64,000 bases of DNA, taken from contig OZ316895.1 in assembly GCA_973895155.1 (NCBI GenBank), forward strand, positions 23,768,281 to 23,832,280. The letters run 5' to 3'. Source of the stretch: Marsupella aquatica (Eukaryota > Plantae > Marchantiophyta). Positions 1-14,400 of this stretch are shown one piece after another; the first letter of the stretch is position 1; every line of letters begins with the position of its first letter. The notes under the pieces were generated by a model. The model ran no database searches. It was given only the letters and a program-made list of their open reading frames with translations, and had not been told where the DNA came from. A program made the translations under genes and the position numbers.

Positions 1-614
1 TAACCGAACTGATATCCTCTTCCATGATAGTTAATAGTTAAGTAACTCAACCTTTGCTCCTCCTCCGTTCGTCCTTATCATGCTCGTTCCTCGGAAAGAT
101 GACATCGCTCAAAATGTATAGCGTACGTACGTAGTTATAAAACAAATTCATGTCCTTCACTGTAATTAAATCAGGAAAATGTCCAGAAATTCGTCGAGGG
201 AAGAAGCTTGTTTTTCATGGTTACGTAGAGGAAGCAGTCAGACTTCAACAGTCATCATTGACCTGCTCTGACCTATCTTGCTGATGAGATTGCTCGACAA
301 AAACCTCCAAAGGTTTTTTTCATTATCTCAACGAATACTCACCGAAAAAAGAAACGTTTCTATTCGTCCACCAAAACAAGATCCTTCCCTTCAAACTAGA
401 ACATCAACAATTGCCATCATAGCAATTCGCTACCTGCGTCCTCGAGCAAAATTCTCGAAGACAATAGGTGAATCCTCAAATCCCTCGAAGAAATGGTGCG
501 ATTTCAGGGAGATCAAAGTCTCATATAACCACTGAACCAGACAAACCGCTCCCCCTGTGCCCCTGGCATAATCCTGGTCGAACATCCATCTTCCAGAAAG
601 CAATCGGCAAGTGA

Positions 615-880
615 GATCTCTCTATCGATCACTACTCGCAATTCTTCGAACGGCAGAGGGAGGGAAAATAAATCAACTGTAAGAAAACTAGGCACCTTTT
701 TAATTTTCGACTCTTGTTTGGCTTGGCCCCGACATCTCCGTCTTCCGGAATGCAATCGGATAAAGATCTTCCTCGATCAATCAATCCTCCGCAATTCTTC
801 GAAAGGGCGGACGGGAAAAAAGGTCAAATGGAAGAAAACTCCGCACCTGTTTGATTTTTTTCGGTTCTCGTTTGTGTCCG
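615..880. repeat. ~155-bp diverged tandem duplication, each copy with a minus-strand AG|GTGC donor-like site; probably the 5' leader of a gene running off the left edge
   Basis: The block 'cgcaattcttcgaa...ggga..aa...tcaa...aagaaaact..gcacct.ttt' occurs at ~640-700 and again at ~790-850. Confidence 0.45.
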
Positions 881-1195
881 CTTGACGCTCCGCTTGTGCG
901 TCTTCGCTCTCTTACTTCGCGCTTCGATCGTCACATCATCATCGCGTTCATCTTCGCTTCGTGATTTTAAGTTACTAACGAACGAACGAACGAACATCTC
1001 CGGATTCGGAGGTCTCTCTCTGTTCTGTTCTGTTCTGTTCAGTTCTGTTGGTTCGCTCGTGATATTTGAAAAGGCAATCTCGAATGCTAATCACGACCTT
1101 TCACACACAACGCGCCTCCCTAATCATAATTGCCGCACTCCAATTAATTAAGACATTCACGATCCCGCCGAAATTGACTTGGATTAGCATCCAGT

Positions 1196-1948
1196 CAATC
1201 ATTTTCATATCCCTGTACAATGGCATCAACATTAATTATTTAATTTGCTAACCCCCTCGTTCACTCTCTACAGTAGGGCCTCTCAAAGCCACCATAGCTC
1301 CCTAGCCTACAATTTGATGACCCTTTAATTCTCTAGTTAGAGCTAATCATTTTCATATCCCTGTACAATGGCATCAACATTAATTTGCTAAACCCCCTCT
1401 TAATTATTTAATTCGCTAACCCCCTCTTAATTATTTAATTCGCTAACCCCCTCTTTCACTCTCTACAGTAGGGCCTCTCAAAGCCACCTTAGCTCCCTAG
1501 CCTACAATTTGATGACCCTTTAACTCTCTAGTTAGAGCTAATCATTTTCATATCCCTGTACAATGGCATCAACATTAATTTGCTAAACCCCCTCCTTCAC
1601 TCTCTACAGTAAGGCCTCTCAAAGCCACCTTAGCTCCCTACCCTACAATTTGATGACCCCTTAACTCTCTAGTTAGAGCTAATCATTTTCATATCCCTGT
1701 ACAATGGCATCAACATTAATTTGCTAAACCCCCTATTTCACTCTCTACAGTGGGGCACCTTAGCTCCCTAGCCTATAATTTGATGGACATTTAACTCTCT
1801 AGTTAGAGCTAATCATTTTCATATCCCTGTACATGGCATCAACATTAATTTGCTAAACCCCTCCTTCACTCTCTACAGTAGGGCCACTCAAAGCCACCTT
1901 AACTCCCTAGCCTACAATTTGATGGACCTTTAACTCTCCAGTTAGAGG
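1196..1948. repeat. Tandem repeat, ~130-195 bp unit, about 5 copies
   Basis: 'cattttcatatccctgtacaatggcatcaacattaat...cactctctacagtagggcctctcaaagccacc..agctccctagcctacaatttgatgaccc.ttaactctctagttagag' recurs at ~1200, 1348, 1543, 1684 and 1814. Confidence 0.95.
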
Positions 1949-2741
1949 TTAGGGACACACAAAGTTAAGGACTACACAATCAAGTCTTCAACTTTTGAGA
2001 ACATTCACAAAAGTAGGGACTACAAAATTCAAGTCCTTAATTTTTTGCCATAAGGATACACACAATTAGTTACTGACTACAAAATTCATAGTCCTTAGAG
2101 TTTTGCTATAAGTATGGATAGTATGCACTGTAGAGGCTAGTGAAAGGAAAAAACACGGAAAAACCTGGTGAACAAATTATGACGAAGATGCACTGCAAGT
2201 CCAACAGTCCCCCCACGTCCACCATGAGACCCTATTTTCTGCAGTTTTAGAAGTTGCACTACTATTAGAATGATAGAGTTTTTTTTCTTTATCCCGGAAC
2301 CACTAGAGGGGACCTCACCGGTCCCTGAACACTGGCCGGTCTTTGGGAGTGTGCTGCTCCTATAGAAGTTTCCAAGTTTATTGTTTGGATGCCTTCTCGG
2401 AGGCTCAGTTTCTTGAATGGAATTTTTTGGTTTTTTAGGGCCAAAATAAAATTAGGGTTGTTACGGCTAAATGTCATTGTCTAGAATTCTGAAGCTTTGA
2501 GACGTCCTAGTAGAGTCAATTCTCACTCTCTAGGGTCAATGGTTAGAATAAAATCTAAATCTAAAATAGTGCTTACGGCTCCCTATCACCCTTTCCTTGA
2601 AAGTTGATTAGTAGTCTATTCCCTCCTCCGTGAAAGTAGACAGAGATGAAGAGAAAAAAAAAACTTGTAGGAGAAAAACTTTTCTGGTATTTCTTGTTTT
2701 TCTTTACCTTCATTCCTATTTTTGGTGTCCATTCTTAGTTA

Positions 2742-2893
2742 GAGTCATGGTCTAGAGTCTTCACTCTACACAGTTGGCCTAGGGAGCAACTTCTGATTGC
2801 ATTTTATTAGTTCAATAAACTACTCTTTAAAGCAGCTACCAAAGGTACTCTTCAGGGCCTAGGACATAGAGTGAAACATCTAGACTGTGACTT
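2742..2893. mobile_element. Tourist/PIF-Harbinger-like MITE, member of a dispersed family
   Basis: TTA|gagtcatggtctagagtcttcactcta at the left end and its diverged reverse complement tagagtgaaacatctagactgtgactt at the right. The same terminal motif recurs at ~23405, ~28818 (ending gactc|TAA), ~36748, ~37017 and ~37263. Confidence 0.55.
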
Positions 2894-5382
2894 TGGGAGT
2901 GTAGCAAAAGTTAGGAGGGGAAAAGCCGATCGGGGGCAGGGTGAATCTCTGAAATTGGTGCTGCAAACTTGAATGCCATCACCTCTATTTATGTTCCAAG
3001 AACATGCACTCAGGCTAGTGTCTATTAATCATTTGCCTTTGTTGTCTATCCATGGCCCACTTATAATATCTTGCTCTCACTCAAAGTCTTTTGTGCAAAA
3101 CATGGACATGGGGCTAGTATATATCTCATAATTCATTTACACTTACATTGACGTAGCCCAATGCCTATGCATTGTGCAGTTGGGGTTTAATTGTGTCAGG
3201 GTCGTCATTTTGGAAGTGTTGTTGTTATACCAGGTTGTAGTGTGGTTGAGATTATTGGAAGTTATTATTGCAGTCGGATTGTGGTTGCAAAAGTAGTGTT
3301 GATGCAGCCAAGTTGTACTACTTTCTGGGTGGGTTGCGAGGTTTTTGTGCAATGCAGGCAGTTTAGGGCTTACAACTAGCAGGCAATAGATAGGATGATA
3401 GTAGAGTTTAATGCCTGCAAGGTTAAGCCCAAAATTCTACAAAATAGTAAGAACTTTTGCGCTACTTTCTGGGTGGGCAATGCTTGTAACCAGCAGTAAG
3501 TGAATTAGAGGAGAGAGACCCAAACTGTGTGGCAAAGCTTTCCCCTGTCCCTCCCACAAAATTTGAAGACTGCCGAGCAGTGGCCTCTACCTCACAACAT
3601 GTTTCCCTCCCAGACAACCATTTTTGTGGCAAATATCTCCCCAAAAACTTAACTGGTAAAGGGCTGGCTAATAGTATTTGGGAAATCGTGTGAGATATCC
3701 TGGCCAATTGCCAGAATATAACCCATGTTCAAGCAAAAATACTCTACAGCTAACTGTCTATATAGTACAGCTGGCCTTCATTTCTTTCAATAGGGTGGAG
3801 TTCCTACCCTGCTTCTAGAGCTAGTGGCCATTTTGTGAATTTTTAAAAACAAGGAAAAATGGCTGTCACTTCTCTTTTTTGCAGTTGGGGAGAGTACGAA
3901 TAGTAAGCTGTCACCTTGGATTGCGCAAGAACCTTGCTGCTCGTTGCTATCCACTTGATTTTTAAGGCTTTTCTATTTCACCAGGGCGACATTGTAGCAG
4001 GAGAAGTTGCAAAGAATTTTCCTTCCCTAGTTTTTCTGGATAAATTCTGAATGTCAGATCTCAGATTCTGGATACTGGGTTTATTATACTGGCTAATGGA
4101 AAGCAGAAAACATAGCCAATTCTTGGCAAAGGTGGAATCAAGCTAGTTTAATTCACTAAATAAAATGGTTGTTCTTACCACCAACAAGGTATTATAAAGT
4201 TTGGCTAAAGTTGACTCAAACCTTTTGACTTAGAAGGTATCTGTTAGGATATTTTGATTTTTTCCTCGTCATCAAATGCTGCTAACACTTTCCACCTTCC
4301 AACACTTCAGATGTTTGTTAAATTCATTTACAAAAAGGAAAATGATCATTACACTCTGTTCTTTTCCTTTTGAATAGTTTCACTGTATTATTTCTCCCTT
4401 CATCTTGCGTTGAAGAACATTTCTAAATACTCTTGTCAACCGGCTACCCAGTTACCCATTGAAGAGTTAAAGTCAGAACGCACACTGGTGTGCTTCTTCT
4501 CCCACCCAACCTTTTCCAGTCTATGGTTTTCATTGTTCATTGATAGCATTAGCATATTTTCTCACAAGAATGTTTTGAACATGGTAAACAAATCAATATA
4601 GGATTCTTTCAATTCACAATAGTGTAGCGTAAGTGGTTGCTAGATTTTAAGGTTTCCTTTGGAATTGTGCGGTCTTTTGTGTGGAGCAATGGCCTTATCC
4701 CCCAATTTCAGTCCACACAGGCTTCTTTCATTAGCATGTGTCCCTTGCTTTACAGTGGACATAGGCCTTCACTATCCTTTGACAGGCTGAGGTGGTTGTT
4801 TTTAGGGTTTCTAGTCAGACCCCTCTCCATAATACTCCTATGTTGTTCACCCCATAGCTCTACCAAGTGTTTCAGTTTGTGACTCAGTAGGGCTTTTGTT
4901 CTTTTGCCATTAGAGCTTTTAGGCTCTTTGGCTGGTCAGCATTTTGACTCTTTGGTGTTCCCTTTTTGACCTTTGTTCCCCCCTTTTATTGGGTTTTTGG
5001 TCATTGGGATCAAACCCGGTTTTAGGGTGGCTTTTTTTCCTTTCCTCTGTTTTGGGGGGTTGCATTTGCCTCTATTTTAGTATTCATGAGCTTCTCCTTG
5101 AATGACGGAACAGTGAGTTGCATGCATGCAGGGATGGTTCTATACAATATATAGGATTGGAATCAGGCATGGGTGTGCATGATACATGATGGGATGTCTG
5201 CTCCCATTGTCCTTTTGACATGGTGCATGCGATGCATTGATCGTACGAGTGTACAGTTCAGATTGCGATGCGCCATATCTAGTGATGTACGATGGGACAT
5301 CACCAGACATATGTCTGCATGCATGCATGCAAAGAAAGTTGGTATTATTCGTGAGCAAGCGCAAGTCCTGTCGATTGCATGC

Positions 5383-5456
5383 ATAAGAAATCCATTTATA
5401 ATGCTGGTATAAGAAATCCATTTATAATGAAGGTATAAGAAATACAGTTATAATGC
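5383..5456. repeat. 25-bp minisatellite, 3 copies
   Basis: (gt)ataagaaatccatttataatg.. repeated three times, the third diverged. Confidence 0.8.
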
Positions 5457-8450
5457 ACTGCCAATTGAGAGATTCTGTATGTGCTTTGTCAACTGAAAGG
5501 TGACCTCACAGGAAATAGCATTAGTAAGTGTTTTTTTTCCTAGCGACTCAACTTGCATGAACGGAACGTTAGTGGATGGCTGATGGGGTCAGATGTTAAG
5601 AATATTCTTTATTTGCTTAGGTTAATTTCTTAAATTTCCCTACATTTAACGATAACTATCGGATTTTGCCTAGTGGGGTCTGTGGGAGGTGGAAAACTGG
5701 CTAATCTAAGACACTAAACCTAGCAAATGTTAATCAAGAGTAACAAGCACTTTTCTGTGAAGTGCAGTCCAGCTATTTTTTTCCACAAGAAAAGGCTCAT
5801 GTAATGGCAGGTTCTCACTCTACTTGTCTCCTGGGTTGAGTCTGAAATTCTCAGCAGGGTGGGTTAAGCCATATTTCTCTTCAAACATGAGACGAGACGT
5901 TTTTCCCTCGTACTATAGTCTCTGTGACAACACCATATGCATCATTATGGATGCTTTCGATTGAGAACACAATATGTGGAAAATACAAATAATACATGTA
6001 CAATTTTTATATATGTACTTGTCTATGTACGTCTAGACTACATAATAGGACCATTTCCCTTTCTTGTCACCCATGCATTTACCTACTTTGTCCTCTCTGG
6101 CTACCCTAGATATAGCACTGAACAGAGGCTAATTGGCTATCATGCTTTCATTGACGTGTACAGGTATTCATTCATCATATAAGTGTAAGGGCAGACTGTG
6201 ACACAATCAAGTTCAACGACGCTACAGTTAAGTACCAAGAATTGATTCTTCTCCTCACTTAGCAGGGCAAAGTCTTCTGTTGGTCATTTACGAGACAATT
6301 GGCGTCGTGGAACAACAGAATGTTGGTCATTTTAGAGACAGATGTTGATCCCCTTTGTGAGAGGGCTAAGCTTGATGGACCCCTCTAAGAAGTTTACTGG
6401 ATTAGCCTCCACAAAACTTTCCAAGACATGTACTAGATGGACACAGTTTACTACTAATTTTTTGTAGACGTACATTAACGATTATGTCTATGGGTAAAAT
6501 GGTCAACACTAGTGATTTTGGAAGACTCTGCACAATGTCTTTAGATCACTCTTTGCATCTTTTTTCAGCAAGAATTGTTTTTGCTCACCCATGCTGTTTG
6601 GGTGGAGGTAAATGATCAAATCCTGTGGTTTTGGAAGACAATGTGGAGATTGTTCAGGTCATGCTTAGCATTTTTCTTCAGCAAGAGGAATTTTTTCTCA
6701 GCCATGTTGCGTGGCTAGAGTTAAGTACCAAGATTCTTCTCTTTTGCAGGGCAAGGTATTTTCACCACTAGACTCAGAGGATATAGAGAGCTTAACATTG
6801 CATCCAAAACCTCCCAAGTTTCTCTCTTTGGTTCTTTACTGAGTGTACATAAGAGTAACACCTCACCTAGTCTATAGCTGTAGTCATGGTCTGAGCTCAA
6901 CGTCCTGGTGAACTTGTTGTGATTGGGCCCAAAAATGAGGCCGGACCATATCCTCCAATTTGTTTTTGCGACTGTGTATTGTGAAAAGTCTTGTATGAAG
7001 TATTGCCAAAATACTAGTGTTCCCCAGTTGCAACCTAAAACCTTTGGTGAGGAGCCTGGTTTGGTAGTTTTCCCGATATTGAATTCTGTATATGAAAATG
7101 TTAGTGGGAACCAGGGTTCCAGCCTCGACAATGTATCCTCAAAAGGGTTAAATATTTGTTTTACACTGCAAATGCTTGAAGTCTGTATTTGCATTTCAAG
7201 CCCCCAAATTGGATAGGATCAGAGTCCATCACGAGATTCCAACTCCACAATTGAGGGCTCCCAGCAAGATGCCTTAGCCAACAGTATACCAATTGCTTTT
7301 TCATTACTCTGGAGTAGACCTAACATTTAAGCCAAGAAAACAATTTTATTACTCTGTAAAAATTCACTCTCACCCTTTTCTTGTCCGCCCTCAGTTCAAT
7401 TCGTGGTGGGAGTGGGTTCCAATGGGAACCCGGGTTCCCACAAAGGGGTTCAGTTTCTATCCTAATGCCCCGGATCCACATGCAAGGACACATGGCCATG
7501 GACCAAGCCGTGTTGTAAGATGGCATGATGCAGATGATCCGAAGCTTGCATCCCTGTCCATGCATGTCACATGCATCCATGACGATGATGATGATGATGC
7601 AGATGGCCAGCTCATCACGAGAGACATGATTGTGGTTGCCATATAGACAGAGGATCCATGCATGGAACCCTTGCCATGTTTGCATCCATGCATGATCTAC
7701 TGTACTACAAGTACATATTATCTACCGTGACAAGAGCTTAGTACAGTACTGTACAGAAGCGTCTCTGGTCTAGTACTGCTGCAAATTAAATCTGCGCCTT
7801 GGATTTATCTCCGCGGTACTCAAATTGGTATGTTATAAAACTTTATTTATTCATTCTTTTTTTTTTTCTTGAAAGGAGTATGTTATACAACTTTATTTGA
7901 CCAATTTAGTCCAAGCCCGTGTCAAATGCGGCTTTAAATCGCCATTTCTCCAATGTGGTTGCCTAAAATAACTTCTGGGGCCAATTTTGGGCCAAACATT
8001 AAGCCGCACCTCCTGGTACAAGAGAATGCAGACAGCTCCAGATTACCCTGAGACCTTGAAAATTTTGCTTGACTCGTCGGACACGCAACTACTCCTGCGC
8101 CCCCCAACTTGTGAGTCCTGAACTCTTAGAATACCTAACTGTGCAAGAAAACATCTTTAATACCAGATTTATGATTTTTTCAAGTGGACTTTTTTGAGCC
8201 AAAAATTGAACTTGTCATGGATGTTGGTCCATGAAGCTTACTAATGGCATTTCATGTCAGGTGAGTGACCAAAGAAAGTAATGTAAAACCCTCCCATGAG
8301 GGCATTGTCCCAAATGAAAGAAGGAAAGATGTTCAGTTTGAATTGGGAGAATGTTTGGGATGGAGGTGATCTGGTTTTCTGGTTTAAATGCTTTGGATTT
8401 TATGTGTCTACCTAATTTAAGTAGGTGAGACAGCACAATGCCCTAGATCA

Positions 8451-8821
8451 GAGCATCTCCCACTCAGTGGGGTTTTGCTTACTGGGCACAGTAAATACCC
8501 GGTCTGACAATGAAAGTACTTTCTAGTTCATTGTAGGTAATTATCATGGCCTGCTGGAAACAGCCCCAACCCTGATGAGGTCATTTCTCTTAGAGCATTC
8601 ATCAGCAGTTGAGAATTGTAGATTGAAATGTTGGAAACCTAGCAACAAGTCCAGTAGAAAGTAGACAGTCTTTCACATATAGATCCAGTAATAAAAGAAC
8701 CAATTCATGAAGATCTGATAGCATTCATGTGAATGGGTTGGACCTGAAGTTTTGTATTTTCTTTGCCGGGTGTGGTTTACACCCCCTTACAGCAACATAA
8801 CTCTGTTGGGTGGAGATGCTC
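8451..8821. mobile_element. Degenerate Tourist-like MITE
   Basis: Terminal inverted repeat gagcatctcc ... ggagatgctc, a typical PIF/Tourist terminus, with extended imperfect pairing inward. Flanks are TCA and TAA. Confidence 0.55.
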
Positions 8822-9891
8822 TAACCTATGAAGGGCATTAGATGAATGCCCAACATCAAAACTACTCTAAGTGACTGGTGCTAGGATAGAAAGGCCCCAA
8901 AAATGGAGGGTTGAAATATCACAAGAAGCTATATTCTTGCCTTGAAAAGTATTTGGTCCATCAAGTCCCCAGGTCAAACCCTCAGTCAAACCTTGTGGTT
9001 ACAAAAATTAAGGCACTTTCATAATGGTCTCTAGAGTTTAGGTGAAAATAGAATAAAAACATCTCTTCATGGCCACAAGCTAACTTACACCTATAAAAGG
9101 ATGAAGTGTTGACAAGCAAAGGAAAGGGAAGGGCATGGCAGAGAAAACATGAGTACTACTAATATTCTGTACTACAGTAGACGTGGAAAGCTCGAGCAAA
9201 TCTAGAGGTACATCAAGTATATCTCTCTGAAAGCTTGAGCAAAGTCAAGGGTCCATCAATTACATCTCTACAAAAATTAAGGCCATTCATTCATGGACTT
9301 TAGAGGTCAGTGAAAATAAAATAATATACCCCATTTAGGAGTCCATCAAGTATATCTTCAAAACTCTTAAGGCCAACTGTCTGTGGTTCCTAGAGGTTAG
9401 TGAAATGAGCTTAAAATATCTCCTCATGGCCAGAAGCCAACACCTGTAAAGGTGAAGAGTCGACAAGGGAAGGGAAGGGAACAATGTATTTTTTTTTTGA
9501 GGTTTTTACTTTCTGGCAGAGTGGCTAATGTACTCAAAATATTTATTATTTGATTATTTTCTTGACTATCTATATAAGGATGACCATTAGATTCTGGCCG
9601 GGACCTGTGATTAGGTGTAACACTGGCTAATGACATTGACAAATATTAGCGAATTTTCGGCTAAAATGGCGAAAGGTTTTTTGGGGGAGGTGTAATTTGG
9701 CGAATTTTCGCCATTAAAATAAACGGTGAAAGGAGAAGGGCGCGGTGACGAAAACACGAGTACTACAGTACTACTCTACTCTACTAGTCTGTATGTACCA
9801 TGGCAGACTCTGAAAGCTCGAGCGGGAACGAAAAGAAAGTAATCGAATGTAACAACATTTACGTCGTCGTCTGTGTATCGAGAAACAGCAG

Positions 9892-10000
9892 CAATGCGCT
9901 TCGATGTCGGCCTTGACGACACAGGTCAGAAATGCGCTTCGATGTCGGCCTTGACGAGGAAGGTCAGAAATGCGCTTCCATGCGGGCCTTGAAGACAAAG
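9892..10000. repeat. 38-bp tandem repeat, 3 copies, upstream of the U-box gene
   Basis: aatgcgcttcgatgtcggccttgacga...aggtcaga repeated, third copy diverged. Confidence 0.85.
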
Positions 10001-11424
10001 GTGCGGGCCCCCTCCGCCGCCGCTGCTGCTGCTGCTTCTGCTGCTGCTGCTATTTGGGACCCGATGAACAACGACAACGCCGACAGGAATGAGGACTAGT
10101 AGTCTAGTACTGAATGAACTACTGCGATTCGGATTCGGGAAAAGGAATGGAACGGAATGGAACGTGAGGGAGTGGGGCCTCTGATCGTGCATGGCTGCGA
10201 GGATGAACGAGGCGTGACGTTGCTGAGGGCCCGAGCAACAGAAACAATGGGAACAGGGGAAACGGAATGGGGAATGTCGAACAGGCGAGTGACGGAGCGG
10301 GTGTTGTTGGTGGTCTGGCGCTGTCCACGAGAATGGCCGAGTTGTGACGTTTTTGGTTGGACGGATGGAATTATCGCAGCGGCCTCGGATTGCTTGATTT
10401 GTTGAGACGTTTTGGTTCTGGTCTGGGGAGGCTGTAGATGGGGCAGAGTTATGATATGGTGTTGAGTCACTGGTGTTGTTGTTGTTGGCACGATTGATTT
10501 GGTGGCGAGGCGGAAATCGCACTGAATGCGTGCGCGGAGTAGCAATTGCAGATTGGATTGTGATGGCCATAGGAACTCCGTCGTTCTGCTGGAGGTAGGG
10601 ATGATTGTGGTTATATTTGCTTCAAGGTTCTGTTTGATGAGTTGCCAGGGTTCTCGTGCGTAGCGGATTGAAAATGTCACTTATGTCTAATGATTTTGGC
10701 AGAGAGAGAGAGATTGAAGGCTTAAACTGTTAGGTTTTTATTTTGGGGCGAAGAAGAGAGGTTTCGACTGAGTGGATGGGCGTAATCGCAGACATTGGTG
10801 AACCTTAGTTCCTCAATCGTCTTCCCTCTGGTTCGTAGTGGTCGATAGCGACAATGGGCCTTACAGGGGATTTTTTGCTTCTGTCCCCTTTTTTCTGCGT
10901 TTTACAATTTCCTGGGGATGTTTGAGAAACGTTGGACATCGTATCCGGTTGCTCCGTTGTATATGTGTCACTCCCTCGTTTGCTTTCCAGAAGGATGTGG
11001 TGGCTTATGACTGATTATGTGCGCTAATCGGGAGGGAATGAGCGAAATTCATTTAAATTTATGTTCGATGTCCGGATCGCAGAGAATGAGGAAGACTCTA
11101 ATTACCAGAAGTGATGAGCAACTTCCGTTTCAGATGCAGCAGTGGAAAGATGACCGAATGCTGTACGACGAGGCTGTTTGGGGCTAGCAGTGGACGACTA
11201 GTTGGCGCTTGTGGTGCATACAAGCCGAAGCCTGCTCGCAAATTGCGATGGACGTTAGGGGGAATGGTTGAGTGGAGTGGAAGCTCTTCAAGAACTCGAA
11301 AGAAGTGATTGTCCTTTGGAAAGCTGGGAAAAGTTACAAGAGCAGGACGGGAGGAGGGCCTAGGCTAGGATCTGCACCGAGGAGGGTGCAGGGTGGGAGC
11401 AAAATCGGTCGTATCTGGCCATCG

Positions 11425-14400
11425 ATGGGATCAGAAGATCTCGATATGGCAGGTGGAGGGCCTTCACAAAGAGTAGATATAGGGTTGAATTCTCTCTCAG
11501 GGCGGGTGGTGCAGCAGCAAGACCAGTTTTCTAGAAACATGCCAGGGCCGAAAAGACCAGATGCAGTCAAGAAACCCCGCCCGGGCGAGGCATTCGGAGA
11601 CTATTCCGACCCCCAAAAGTTTATTGGGAGAGAACGACCAGGCTTTTTGCAAAGCGCAGCAGATAGGGATTACAGAGAAGGTGGCGGAGCAGAAGGCTTC
11701 CATCTCGAACACAGATTGCAGCACAAAGATAGCGGACAGGATGAAGACGAGCGGAAAAATATGTATGGAGGGAATCAAATTACAGGGCTGGGCATGGGAC
11801 GGGACCAAGATTGGGGCGGGGGTGGTGGGGGAGATAGCAGGGGAGTCGGTCCGGAGGGGGATTACAGAGACATGGGCGTTCGTGGAGATGTGAGTGAGGT
11901 TTCCCAAAGCGAAGGAACGGAGGAGGAGGATGACGACGATGGCGACATGAATGGCCAGGGGGAGGGTGGGGTAGTTGGAGATCGAAGCAGAGATATGGTG
12001 CTTGGGGAAAGGGCCATTCCGCACCCGCAAATGACATCGATGGAGACCCGAATGAGGCAAGATTCTAGCGTGGAGTCCCGAGGCGGAGTGGAAGGTTTTC
12101 AACGGTCCGGTTCGGACAGAGATAGGGGCGTGAAAGGCCCTTCGAACAGCTCTCCATCGTTCGGACTATACCTGCAGCCGTCGTCGCAAGCGGCCGGGCT
12201 CCAATTTATCCAATATTCATCGCAATCACAGCCTGGAGGTCAAATGGCGTCACATGTGGACGCCAATGCAGCTCAAAATGGCGGGATGGGAGGAGCGGGA
12301 GGCGTCGGTCAAGGGATCCCTGGTGCCTACGGCATGAGAGGGGTGGAGACCGGTATTTCGAGGGATTCTTACGCCAAGGGCGTTGCAGCTAGAGATAATT
12401 CCATGGGGACCTCCCTTCATGACCAGCAGCAATCTCAAGGGCAGCAAGGGCAGCAAGGGCATTCGCTTCACGAGAATCTCCAATCTTCGGAAGAGAATTA
12501 CTACACATCTCTCCTGAATTCCACGGGTTCTAATAACAGCGTGCAGAAAGGGCATCACGATATGCGAAATGACGTGGGAAGTCCTGGCCAGAAGCGGAAT
12601 TCGAGAATGATGGAGCCTCCCATGGCTGTAGAACGCTCTCTGCGGAGCATCCTCTCCGATCCTGTCTCGTACTACCTCTGGCCATTCTCACAAACCGTAC
12701 GCAAGAGAAGTTGAATGTTAAAATGTTTTACTTTTTGGGTTTACTAGTGTTAATGGTTTTCAAAACTTGCATTGATCTGTGGATGTTCGATATTCGATAG
12801 AAAGAGAAATTGCAGTCCATATGGTAGAAGACTCATAAAATTCAAGAGAGACTTGAAGGAAAGGTCTCGTTATTGATTGAAAAGGAGAGAAAGAGGCTAA
12901 ATAGTTCAGAAACTTCTCGGTCTCGTTTTGACCGCTTTTCATGCATTTTATTTAGAACGTGGAAAGCTAGTTTTGTGGATGTCGTTATTCCTGTTCTCTT
13001 GTCATGAATCCCAATTCTCCTACTTTTTGTTGGTTGGGGTTTGACGCTTCATGTTTTGAATCTACTTGAACGGATCTGTTGATGCTTGCATTTACTTCTT
13101 TTCCTACGACCACTCTTCAAGCCAATTCTCTGAAGGCCGATTTTCATGCCAATTGTCTGTAACAGCTGATGCAGTTTCTATATTTCACTTCGTGTAGCCC
13201 TCGAGCTCTTTCACCCTTCTGGATTCTTGATATGTACCCCAAGGTGCAGTGGTCGTGTTGTCAAATAAGCTAGACATTCACTTTCCTTCTTGAAAATGTT
13301 CTTACCCCTTTCTCTGCTGGTAACTTTCCAGGGGCCAACTTATGGAAGATGCGACAATCTTTACCTGTGGACACTCCTTCGGTGGTATAGGTTTACAGCA
13401 AGTTATTGCTTCGGTAAGTTCAATTCTCTCCAGACATTTCCGAGCACATTTCATTTGCACTTGTTAGGAAACAAGCTTTGCTGCAGAGAGGTCCGGACTT
13501 CGCTCACTGCCAGTGCGGCCCAATGCATTGTAGGATATGCGGCCTAGTGGTTATTAGTACGCACTGCCGCGCATATTGGCGCAGGTTCAAGGCAGTGAGT
13601 TTTATTTTTGTGTTCACCTAAAGGACCATCAAAATCGAAATTGAAAGCACAAATAAAAAATCTGGAAAACAACAGCAGAATTCAAATATAAACAGTATAA
13701 ACAGTAACAGCTTCGCCACAATATTTGCCAAACAAGTTCTTTTGCGGCAAGCTTGACGCAGGAATGATAAGCCGAAAGTTGGTTCTATTTATTTTGCAGA
13801 ATATATGTATCACGTGCGGAACGGCAGTGCGGACTACTTCTATGGCAGTAAATTATGGTGAGATTGCATTCGGACCACAGGTTGTTTCGGTCTAGTCTAC
13901 TCTGGACATTGTGGTATGTGGTGATATGTATGTTAGAGTGACTGAAGGCGAGTAAGCAAACCTTGGCCTTGTTTCGAGGGTGTTCATGGCCAGTTTTATT
14001 ATCTGTAAGCGGACTTCCAGCTTCTGGTCGCTTCTCGTTCTACACAAGTCAGAAATTTCCTGTGTCATTTTAGGATTGCAATCGTTACTATTTCTTGAAT
14101 CTTCATGGTTACACTTATTGATGAGTTCAAAAATATGGCATGCAGCTATAAGAGCAGCTGTGCAGGCTTACAAACGTGAAGAGGAAAGCTTTCCGTCGGT
14201 GGCCAAGCCTGTGAAGCGGAGGAGGGACCGTCCTGAGCAGGTTATAGAACTCTGTGTCTTAGCTATTTGGCAAATAAGCTTGCGCTTAGATGTTTGCAAA
14301 AAGATAGCTTGATATTGTATCCAGAACTCTGAATCCAGATGATTTTACAGGATGGAATGTCAGATCGGCAGCCGTCAGATGGGAACCGCTCCAAGGGCGT

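Noticed and set aside
1196-1948. Regularly spaced repeats as a possible CRISPR-like array (also 37474-37875, 55125-55361, 59693-59898)
   Set aside because: Units are contiguous with no unique spacers, and the context is eukaryotic with no cas genes. These are ordinary minisatellites.
6240-7216. ORFs 6721-7194 and 6923-7216 as a possible hAT transposase relic
   Set aside because: Only vague resemblance. No diagnostic motif could be read with confidence.
9926-10680. Minus-strand ORFs of 214 and 194 aa
   Set aside because: Low-complexity with no motifs. They lie antisense to the probable 5' leader of the U-box gene, where stop-poor composition explains their length.
11272-11424. N-terminal extension of the 480-aa ORF (MEWKLFK...)
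   Set aside because: It begins at GTG, not ATG. The first in-frame ATG is at 11425, and the ORF's C-terminal tail runs into intron 1.
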